Below, piece by piece: positions 50,153 through 58,469 of a stretch of 64,000 nt of DNA; within the stretch, counting starts at the first letter, position 1, and the number at the start of each line of letters is the position of its first letter. Under the pieces are notes generated by a model. It searched no databases. It was not told the DNA's origin and saw only the letters and a program-made list of their open reading frames with translations. Both the position numbers and the translations under genes were made by a program. The stretch is from positions 1,728,001-1,792,000 of the forward strand of contig OZ242214.1 in the NCBI GenBank assembly GCA_965206595.1. The letters run 5' to 3'. The DNA is from Candidatus Latescibacterota bacterium (lineage in GTDB: Bacteria; Latescibacterota; UBA2968; UBA8231).

Positions 50153-50914
50153 GTGTCATCGATGGTTGGGGCGCAGCTATTCACTCTGAGGGATTACCTC
50201 CAAACCACGGAGGACATTCGCGCCACCCTCAGGAGGGTCAGCGAGCTGGGGTATACCGCAGCGCAGCTTTCGGGCCACGGAGCCGGAACCCCCCAGGAGA
50301 TTGCCGATTTTGCCGCCGAGGCGGGGGTCGCCATCGTCGCCACTCACGTCAGCTACGACCGCGTACGAGATGACGTCGAGGCGGTGATCGCCGAGCACCG
50401 GCTGTGGAACTGCCGGCACGTCGGCATCGGAGGCATGCCTGCCCAATACCGCAACGCCGATGGGTTCGAGCGTTTTGCAGCCGAGGCCTCGCAGGCGGCA
50501 CGCCCCCTGATCGATGCCGGACTGACGTTCAGCTACCACAACCACAGCTTCGAGCTCGAGCGCTTCGGGGACCGCACCGGGCTTGAGATACTCGCGGCGG
50601 AGAGCGACCCGGATGTGTTCTGCTTCGAAGTGGACACCTACTGGATCCAGCACGGTGGAGGGAATCCGGTTTCCTGGCTTCGGCGGCTGCGCGGGCGCAT
50701 GCACCTGGTACACCTCAAGGACATGGCGATGAGCGGCAGCCGGCAGTTGTTCGCCGAGGTCGGGGAAGGCAACCTGGAATGGGGGCCGATCCTGGCCGCC
50801 TGCAGGGAAGCCGGCATCGAGTATTTTCTCGTCGAGCAGGACCAATGCCTGGGCGACCCTTTCGAGAGCCTCGGCACCAGCCTGAAGAACCTGGGGGCCA
50901 TGGGACTTTCCTGA
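50153..50914 (+). CDS. sugar phosphate isomerase/epimerase (xylose-isomerase-like TIM barrel)
   Basis: QLFTLRD, YHNHSFE, EVDTYW, HLKD, VGEGNL, VEQD. Confidence 0.9.
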   Translation: MSSMVGAQLFTLRDYLQTTEDIRATLRRVSELGYTAAQLSGHGAGTPQEIADFAAEAGVAIVATHVSYDRVRDDVEAVIAEHRLWNCRHVGIGGMPAQYRNADGFERFAAEASQAARPLIDAGLTFSYHNHSFELERFGDRTGLEILAAESDPDVFCFEVDTYWIQHGGGNPVSWLRRLRGRMHLVHLKDMAMSGSRQLFAEVGEGNLEWGPILAACREAGIEYFLVEQDQCLGDPFESLGTSLKNLGAMGLS

Positions 50915-50963
50915 ACCCTTTGAAGGATCCGCCGCCCTCGCAACCAACCGGAAGGAACGGAAA

Positions 50964-51740
50964 TTGGGACACCTCGAACGCTTCGAGCTGAAGGACAAAA
51001 TCGTCGTAGTCACTGGCGCCGGCCGCGGTATCGGTCGCACGATTGCCCTCGACGCGGCGCGCTCGGGGGCAGACGTGGCGGCAGGCAGCCGCACCCTGAA
51101 TGAGCTGGAAACGCTGGCCGCAGAAGTTCAAGAGATCGGGATGAACTGTTTCTACCATCCCTTGGACGTCGTCGACGTCGCCTCGATACAGGCTTTTTTC
51201 GACGCGGTGGTCGCCGAGTTCGGGCGCATAGACGTGCTTGTCAACAACGCCGGGTACAACAAGCTGGGCAAGATCCTCGATTACGACGAAGTGCTCTACG
51301 ATCAGATCGTCGACGCAAATCTCAAGAACGTCTTCTTCTGCAGTCAGATCGCAGCCAGAAAGATGATCGCCGCAGGCAACCCCGGCAGTATCGTCAACAT
51401 CTCGTCACAGGCCGGCGTCGTGGGTGCTCCGGAACGGGGTCCGTACAGCGGTGCGAAGGGCGGGGTGAACAACATGACGCGCACCATGGCCGCAGAGTGG
51501 GCTGAGTTCGGAATCCGCGTAAATGCGGTTGCCCCCACGGTAACGAGGTCCCCCCTTGCGGAAGGGGCGCTGAAGGCGAGTGCGGCGTTTCGCGAAGCGG
51601 TGCGGACCAAGAACCTGCTGCGAGGGGATCTCGCCGAACCGGAAGAGATCTCAGCCCCGGTTATTTTCCTCGCTTCCGAAGCTGCCAGTATGGTGACCGG
51701 TCACACTCTCGTCGTCGACGGAGGCTGGACTATCGTCTAG
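50964..51740 (+). CDS. SDR oxidoreductase
   Basis: TGAGRGIG, NNAG, YSGAK, VDGG. Confidence 0.94.
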   Translation: MGHLERFELKDKIVVVTGAGRGIGRTIALDAARSGADVAAGSRTLNELETLAAEVQEIGMNCFYHPLDVVDVASIQAFFDAVVAEFGRIDVLVNNAGYNKLGKILDYDEVLYDQIVDANLKNVFFCSQIAARKMIAAGNPGSIVNISSQAGVVGAPERGPYSGAKGGVNNMTRTMAAEWAEFGIRVNAVAPTVTRSPLAEGALKASAAFREAVRTKNLLRGDLAEPEEISAPVIFLASEAASMVTGHTLVVDGGWTIV

Positions 51741-51798
51741 GGCAGGGGCCAGTTGATTCGGGAGGACCTGCCAAACTGTGCGAAAGTCCGGCGGTTCT

Positions 51799-52563
51799 TC
51801 AAACCAGGACGGGGAGATTTGTGAATTCGAGGCAGGACTCGATTTCTCCTTCGTCCATCATTCCGATGACAAAGGCGTGCACTGCGGGGAGGCCCATGAC
51901 GAACTCGACTGCCCCGCCGGGATCGGACGCCAGTTCGCTTCCCCCGCCCATGACCTTCATCCCGTAGACGCCCTGCCCCCTGGCGTCCATAGCTTCGATC
52001 ACCGGAACGACCCGATCGGGGGATGCGCACATAGCGTGCCCGGCCGGGTTTATGCGCACAAGATTGACGTCTACCCAGTCGCACTCCGACGCGGCTTGCA
52101 GCGCACCGAAGTCGTGGCAGGAACAGCCCAGGGCCCGCACCCGACCTCTGGATTTGAACTCGCTGAGGACGTCCATCGGGCCACGCATCTCCTCCGGCCA
52201 ATCAGCCGAGGTCAGGCAATGCAGCAGCAGGATGTCGATATAATCGGTGCCTAGCTCCGCCAGGAAACGCTCGACGTCGGAGCGAACCTCCGATGCGGTC
52301 CGCGAGACGGTCTTCGTGGTAACTGTCACCGATTCCCTGCTCACCTGGCGGAGGGCGTCGGCCACGTGCGGGTGGGTTCCGTACATGTCGGCCGTGTCCC
52401 AGAAAGTGATTCCGCGTTCGTGGGCGTAGCGCAGCAGATAGGAGAGCCGCTCGACACCGAGGTCCCCCTGGTTCGAACGGTGATGCCACCCTTGGGTTCC
52501 GGTTCCGAAACAGAGGCGAGAGGTTCTGATCCCACTAAGGCCGATGTCGACAGTTTCCATCAT
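51799..52563 (-). CDS. aldo/keto reductase
   Basis: WDTADMYG, TTKT, LGTDYIDILLLH, GRVRALGCSCH; ATGA overlap with upstream peptidase. Confidence 0.9.
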   Translation of the reverse strand: MMETVDIGLSGIRTSRLCFGTGTQGWHHRSNQGDLGVERLSYLLRYAHERGITFWDTADMYGTHPHVADALRQVSRESVTVTTKTVSRTASEVRSDVERFLAELGTDYIDILLLHCLTSADWPEEMRGPMDVLSEFKSRGRVRALGCSCHDFGALQAASECDWVDVNLVRINPAGHAMCASPDRVVPVIEAMDARGQGVYGMKVMGGGSELASDPGGAVEFVMGLPAVHAFVIGMMDEGEIESCLEFTNLPVLV

Positions 52564-53744
52564 GGCAATGCTCCCCCAGGACGAGGCGATTGGGCTTCCT
52601 CCAAGCGAGGCCGTTGGCCCTGGTAGCGGGCTTCCAACCGGCACTCGATCTTGCGTTGCGCCTCTTCGCCGATGCCGGCCACCCCTTCCCGACAGACCGC
52701 GGCGCGGGAAAGGAGGTTGACGAGAGCGAGGGCGTCGTCGATGTCGATTGCTTCGGGTCGCAACCGCTTCTTTCCCCAATTGTGGTAATGATCGAGCGGC
52801 AGGGCGACCGCGGCCACTTGGAAACCGGCCTGCGCCAGGACCGTTGCCTCGCACGCGCCGCCATCCATCAGCTTCCGCTGGTAGGGAAATCTCGAATCGG
52901 TGCCGGTCATCTCACCTTCCGCGATGGCGACCAGCCCGGCGCTGAGCCCGGGATCGAATACCGATATGCGGTCTCCGACGCGAATGACCGGACCAGCTCC
53001 CAGCTCCGCCCCGGTACGGCAGTTCGAGCACTCGATGTTTATGTAGGTCGAATCCTGGGGCAGCAAACCGCTACTTACGGCCGCCATCATGCCGCCGAAT
53101 CCAGTCTCTTCCGCCCGGGTCAGCAGTAGTCCGGCACAGTGCTTGAAGGGACTGCGCCGCAGTTGGTCCAAAACGGCGATCGCCACTGCCACCCCGGCGA
53201 GGTCGTCGCAGACCCGGCCCCGAAGCCGGCGTCCCCGCTGCCGCAGCGCAGGTAGCCGCCACATTGCGAACGAGTCCGGGGTCAGTAGCCTGGCATCCGC
53301 CTTGGAAATGCGGACCGAAAACAGCGGCTGTCCTCCCACAGGTTCGGCATACGATTCGATAGCACCCCGAACCGGGGCCTGGTCTGCGGTTCCCGCCGGA
53401 TCGTAGATGTCGACCTCCCCCTTCTTCGCCAGATCGAGGTTCACGTTCCCGGCGAGCTCGAACAGGTGATCACGGAGCGAGAGAGGTTGGGAGTAGAGGA
53501 GTCCGGGATGGTCCATGTGGGCGGTCATTACCACCCGGGGGACTCGTCCCGAATTCCCCTCCCGATCGCAAAGGAGCAGGAGATTGCCCACCGCATCGGT
53601 CTGCATCGCTAGATCCAACTCCTCTGCATGGCGTGAGACCGCCTCTATCACGAACTGCTCGCGAAACGGCGCCGTCGGGAGCGACATCAATCGGTGGGCG
53701 AGATGCAGAAACCGCTTCTCCGCTTTGCCGTCGGTGGTATCCAT
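52560..53744 (-). CDS. M42/M20-clan metallopeptidase-like hydrolase
   Basis: AHMDHPG, CDDLAG, AEETG, GPVIRVGD, GGACEA, HYHN. Confidence 0.82.
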   Translation of the reverse strand: MDTTDGKAEKRFLHLAHRLMSLPTAPFREQFVIEAVSRHAEELDLAMQTDAVGNLLLLCDREGNSGRVPRVVMTAHMDHPGLLYSQPLSLRDHLFELAGNVNLDLAKKGEVDIYDPAGTADQAPVRGAIESYAEPVGGQPLFSVRISKADARLLTPDSFAMWRLPALRQRGRRLRGRVCDDLAGVAVAIAVLDQLRRSPFKHCAGLLLTRAEETGFGGMMAAVSSGLLPQDSTYINIECSNCRTGAELGAGPVIRVGDRISVFDPGLSAGLVAIAEGEMTGTDSRFPYQRKLMDGGACEATVLAQAGFQVAAVALPLDHYHNWGKKRLRPEAIDIDDALALVNLLSRAAVCREGVAGIGEEAQRKIECRLEARYQGQRPRLEEAQSPRPGGALP

Positions 53745-54038
53745 TCAGAAAATGCCCTGCTCGAAATTGGATTCTTGCAATGCCCGATGCCTGCGCGCGC
53801 AAGTTCGTCCGAGTACGAGATCAGAACCGCCGAATTCACGCGGCATTGCTCAAGGGACCGGTCTCAGCAAGGTCGATCAGGCGTGTACTCCGTGTCAACG
53901 CGGTAACGGACCCGGGATTTTGGATTGCCCAATCATTTCCGAAGGAATACTTTGGCTCCTGTTTCAAACCTTCCAATCGAATTTGGGCCTGTCTCCCACC
54001 TCCGCACCGGCTTTTCCGCGGGCCCGAGGATTCCCGCG

Positions 54039-57000
54039 ATGAGGTTGCCGCCCGCCCGCCGTACCGCCCTCATTGCCGCGGCATTGGCCGCTTCCGCGGC
54101 AGGCTCCTCGCAGGACGTCCGGACGACTCTGGCCCCCGACCTCACCGCCCGGGTCGAGGCGGCAGTGCACACCTTCGCCTCCGGCTCCCGTGTCACAGGC
54201 TACCCAGGAAACGCGCGTGCCGCCTCCTTCATCGAGGAGAGCCTGCGCCGCAGCGGCTGTGTCGACATTCATCGCGAACAGTACGACGTCGTGGTACCGA
54301 TCGAGGCAGGCAGCCGGCTGGTGCTTTCGGACTCTGATGAAGTTATCCCCATTTTTGGCTTGTGGCCCAACCATGTGCGCACCACCAGCACCCCGCCTGA
54401 TGGGATCGAGCTCCCCCTGGTGTACGGAGACCGGGGGGAGTACGCCGACTTCGAGGGACTTCCGCTGGAGGGCAGAGCCGTGCTCATGGAATTCAACACC
54501 TGGGATCACTGGACGCGGGCAGCCAGGTTCGGCGCCCGCGCTTTCATCTTCATCGAGCCGGAGGATACCGGCTACCTGCAGACCCTCGACAAATACACCA
54601 GCGTCCCCTTGAACATCCCCCGGTTCTGGATCGACCGCGAGAACGGCCTGAAGCTCCGCCGCCGAGTGGCCGGCGGCGACCCGGTTTCCGTCGTTATCCA
54701 CAGCCGCATGGACTGGCGTGAGCAGCCGGCGTGGAACATATGGGGAAAGGTGGTCGGGTCGGACCCGGAGCTGAGAGACCAGACCATAGTCGTCGACGCC
54801 TACTACGACGGGATTTCGGTCGTTCCCGCCCTCGCACCCTCCGCGGAGACCTCGTGCAGCATCGTCGCCCTCCTCGAGCTTGCCCGGCACCTGCAAGCGC
54901 ACCCGCCTGCCCGTACAGTGATTTTGTCTGCGACAGGGGCCCATTTCCAGGGGCAGCGCGGTATGATCGAGTTCCTCGACCGACATGCCAGAAAGGACGA
55001 GGACTACGCCAAGTGGATGGAGGAGCCTCTCAATGTCGATCTCTTCCTAAGTCTCGACCTGAGCTCGCGGACCGATCAGGTCGCCGTCTGGAACAACTCC
55101 AACCGGTTTGAGCTCAAGCGGCTGTTCGTTCCTTTCTCGCGCCGATTCACCAGGTACTCCAAGGAGGTTGCAGCCGCCCAGGGGCGTGAGCCAACCGCTG
55201 CTTTCGCCAATGGCATCAGCCCGATCAGGGGGATCGACTGGTCCACGCTGGCACCCGGCGGAGTGCCGACGAGCGGAACGGTGGCGATGGAAGCCGGGCA
55301 GCTCGCCCTCAGTTTCGTCACCACACACGACGCCAGGCTATCCCTCAACAGTCCGCTCGACCGGGCGGAGGGTGTCCGCATCGAACAGCTGGCTGCGCAG
55401 ATCCAGTTTCTGAACGGAATCCTGTCTCTTGCTTTAGACGATCCGGAGTTGCTGTCGAATCTCGAGGAGTTCGACCCTGTTCTCCGCGACAATCTCCGCA
55501 CTCACCAGATCAAGGTTCGGTCCTTTCCGAGGCGTGCACAGATTCCGAACCGCCCGGTGCCCCAGGCCGTGGTTAGCGAAGGGTTCGACCTGGTCTTCAA
55601 GGGGGTCCAACAGGAACGCTATTACCTGACGAACCAGGACGGCGACGTGACGTTGCAAGGCCTCGTGGTCGGGAATACCACCGGTATTTCCGCCTTCGTT
55701 CTGGATCCGGAGACGGGTGAGGTCCAGTTTGCCCCCGACCTGAGCAAAAGGGCGCAGAGGTTTGCGGGAGAACCGGGATTCAGCGGAAAGATCTCGTGGG
55801 TGACCCGGTGGACGGCGGACGAGAAGACCCTCGTCCTGTTTCCCTGTGTCCCCGGTGAGCTGTTCGGCCTTGGCGGTAGCTCCGACAGCTTCAAAATCCT
55901 CGACCGCAGCGGCCGCGCGCCAAGGCAGTTCGGGTATTCGCGCAGCAGCTTCGCGTCTCTGGTCTACGCCGACCGCGACCTTCCCGAACAGACCGACGGT
56001 CTGAAAATCATGGCGGGAACGTCCGGGAGTGCCCGCTTTCTTCTTAACAGCCCGGGAGGGAACGACGAGAGCACGGCGCGGGGGATCGGCTACCACTTCA
56101 AACGCGACACCTTGACCCCGACAGGCTTCTACGTGGTTCGCGACATGATGCGCCTCAACGATGCGCGCCTGCACACGATGCGGAAGCACGCCATCGAGAA
56201 CCACAGCGTTTCCCGTTTTCAGGAGAACGGGCGCCGCTTGCTGCAGCGGGCGGCGACGGCCCTTTCCGAGCACCGCTGGGACGACTACACAAGCTACATA
56301 CGCGAAGCTGGCGGGATGATCTTCCGTGCTTATCCATCGGTGATCGGTACCCTGAACGACGTGATCTTGGGGATGGCTTTTTTCCTCGCACTGGTGATTC
56401 CGGCCGCCTTCTTCGCCGAGCGGCTGCTCCTGGCCTCACCCGATATCCGCATGCAACTGACTGGCTTCGTAGCGGTCCTGATAGTGATCTGGGCGATCCT
56501 CTCCCAGGTCCATCCCGCTTTCGCGATCGCCCATCCGCTGGTCGTCCTGCTCGCCTTCGCGATCATGGCAATGGCGGTTTTCGTACTCCTGATGGTGGTG
56601 ACTCGCTTCAACCGCTACCTGCGCGAATACCGCGCCGAGCAGGCGAGGGTGCACCAGACCGACATAAGCCGGTTCAGCGCCGCCTACACCGCCTTCATGC
56701 TCGGGATTTCCAACATGCGCAGGCGCAAGCTGCGGACGAGCCTGACCCTGGGCACGATCACCTTGCTGACCTTCACGGTCCTGTCGTTCTCCTCCTTCAA
56801 GCCGGATGTCCAGTTCTTCGCCTTTTCTCACCCGCACGAGGGGGCATACGAAGGCGCCCTGATTCGCCATCACAATTGGGACTGGATCGGAAGGTGGAAG
56901 ATCGAGGCGGCGAGGTCCTACTTCGGCGAACGCGCCGTCCTTTCCCCACGCAACTGGTACATCGCCGATCCCTCCGAGGCGAAGAAGTACATCCGGGTCA

Positions 57001-58469
57001 GCCACGGAGAACGCTCCTCACTGGCCACCGCGATGCTCGGCCTCTCACCGCAGGAACGCGATGTTACGAGCGTTCACGCCGCCCTGGTCGCCGGAGACTA
57101 TTTCGATTCCCCGGAAGAGAAGAGCTGCCTGATCTCTGTCGAAATGGCGAAGAACCTCGGTTTCGGTGGAATGCGGACGCCGGCGCCCGGGGACAGTGTG
57201 CGCGTCCTCGGGACAATGCTGCGAGTGCGAGGACTGTTCGACGCCGATGCCCTTTACGCCCTTCACGACCTCGACGACGAACCGCTGACTCCGGTCGATT
57301 TCCATCGCTCCTCCGCGGAGCTCATGGGTTCCCGGCCCCAGGACGTCAAGGACACCTCGGAGAGGGAAGAAGAGACCAGGGCCTTCGTGCACCTGCACCC
57401 GGACAACGTCGTCATTCTGCCTTTCGAGGCGTTGCGCGGTGCAGGAGGGGAGCTGCGGTCCGTGGCCATGCGTTTCGAATCCGGCGCCGACATCCGGGGG
57501 ATGATCGAAGGGTTCATCACCCAGACCCCGATGACGCTGTTTGCGGGGACGCGCGACCCGGAAAGCGACCGCATCACCGTTGCCTCGTTTACCTCCTTGG
57601 GGCTGACCTCGGTCGAGGGGTTCCAGGCCCTCGTGATTCCGATGTTGATCGCCGGACTGATCGTCCTCAACGCCATGATGGGGGTGGTGTACGAGCGTTT
57701 TCGCGAGATCGACATCTACTCTGCGGTCGGGCTGGCGCCCATGCACATAGCCCTGCTGTTCATTGCCGAGGCCTGTGTGTACGCCGTCCTCGGGGTTACG
57801 TTGGGTTACCTGCTTGGGCAGACCCTCGGAAAGGCGATTGTCACCTTCGACCTCTCCGCAGGGGTCAATTTGAACTACTCCTCGTACGCGGCGATGGCCT
57901 CTGCGGCGGTGGTCATGGCGATCGTGCTCGCCTCTACGGTCTATCCGGCACGGGTCGCGTCGCGAGCGGCGGTTCCGGACCTGGTGCGACGATGGAAGCC
58001 CCCCCGGCCCATGGGAGACCGCTGGGAGTTCGAGTTCCCGTTCATGGTCAGCTCCGGGGAGGTTGTGGGAATTTGCGGTTTCCTGGCGAACTTTTTCGAC
58101 GCCTATAAGGAAGAGTCGATCGGAGACTTCTACGCCGAAAAGGTGACTCTCGTCAGTGAGGAGCCGGCACCCGGGGTCCGGCAGTACTCTCTGCAGATGC
58201 TCACTTGGCTCGCCCCGTTCGACATGGGGGTCAGCCAGTACCTGCAGCTAGATTTTCTGCCAGCCAACGACGGTAGCGGTATCTATTCGGTTGAAGTATT
58301 CATTCAGCGACTGAGCGGCCAGGATACCTACTGGCAGCGGGTCAACCAGCGCTTCATGAACACCTTGCGCAAGCAGTTTCTCCTCTGGCATACCCTCAAG
58401 GCGGACGCCCGGGACTATCACCGGGAGAAAGCCAAGGCCATGCTCGGTTCACCCGTACCGGCGACATGA
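54039..58469 (+). CDS. large membrane protein: signal + PA/M28-peptidase-like domain + TM bundle + MacB/FtsX-like permease + C-terminal domain
   Basis: SRVTGYPGN, VVDAYYD...APSAE...ALLELAR; GISNMRRRKLRTSLTL; VYERFREIDIYSAVGLAP..IALLFIAEA; STVYPARVAS. Confidence 0.85.
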   Translation: MRLPPARRTALIAAALAASAAGSSQDVRTTLAPDLTARVEAAVHTFASGSRVTGYPGNARAASFIEESLRRSGCVDIHREQYDVVVPIEAGSRLVLSDSDEVIPIFGLWPNHVRTTSTPPDGIELPLVYGDRGEYADFEGLPLEGRAVLMEFNTWDHWTRAARFGARAFIFIEPEDTGYLQTLDKYTSVPLNIPRFWIDRENGLKLRRRVAGGDPVSVVIHSRMDWREQPAWNIWGKVVGSDPELRDQTIVVDAYYDGISVVPALAPSAETSCSIVALLELARHLQAHPPARTVILSATGAHFQGQRGMIEFLDRHARKDEDYAKWMEEPLNVDLFLSLDLSSRTDQVAVWNNSNRFELKRLFVPFSRRFTRYSKEVAAAQGREPTAAFANGISPIRGIDWSTLAPGGVPTSGTVAMEAGQLALSFVTTHDARLSLNSPLDRAEGVRIEQLAAQIQFLNGILSLALDDPELLSNLEEFDPVLRDNLRTHQIKVRSFPRRAQIPNRPVPQAVVSEGFDLVFKGVQQERYYLTNQDGDVTLQGLVVGNTTGISAFVLDPETGEVQFAPDLSKRAQRFAGEPGFSGKISWVTRWTADEKTLVLFPCVPGELFGLGGSSDSFKILDRSGRAPRQFGYSRSSFASLVYADRDLPEQTDGLKIMAGTSGSARFLLNSPGGNDESTARGIGYHFKRDTLTPTGFYVVRDMMRLNDARLHTMRKHAIENHSVSRFQENGRRLLQRAATALSEHRWDDYTSYIREAGGMIFRAYPSVIGTLNDVILGMAFFLALVIPAAFFAERLLLASPDIRMQLTGFVAVLIVIWAILSQVHPAFAIAHPLVVLLAFAIMAMAVFVLLMVVTRFNRYLREYRAEQARVHQTDISRFSAAYTAFMLGISNMRRRKLRTSLTLGTITLLTFTVLSFSSFKPDVQFFAFSHPHEGAYEGALIRHHNWDWIGRWKIEAARSYFGERAVLSPRNWYIADPSEAKKYIRVSHGERSSLATAMLGLSPQERDVTSVHAALVAGDYFDSPEEKSCLISVEMAKNLGFGGMRTPAPGDSVRVLGTMLRVRGLFDADALYALHDLDDEPLTPVDFHRSSAELMGSRPQDVKDTSEREEETRAFVHLHPDNVVILPFEALRGAGGELRSVAMRFESGADIRGMIEGFITQTPMTLFAGTRDPESDRITVASFTSLGLTSVEGFQALVIPMLIAGLIVLNAMMGVVYERFREIDIYSAVGLAPMHIALLFIAEACVYAVLGVTLGYLLGQTLGKAIVTFDLSAGVNLNYSSYAAMASAAVVMAIVLASTVYPARVASRAAVPDLVRRWKPPRPMGDRWEFEFPFMVSSGEVVGICGFLANFFDAYKEESIGDFYAEKVTLVSEEPAPGVRQYSLQMLTWLAPFDMGVSQYLQLDFLPANDGSGIYSVEVFIQRLSGQDTYWQRVNQRFMNTLRKQFLLWHTLKADARDYHREKAKAMLGSPVPAT

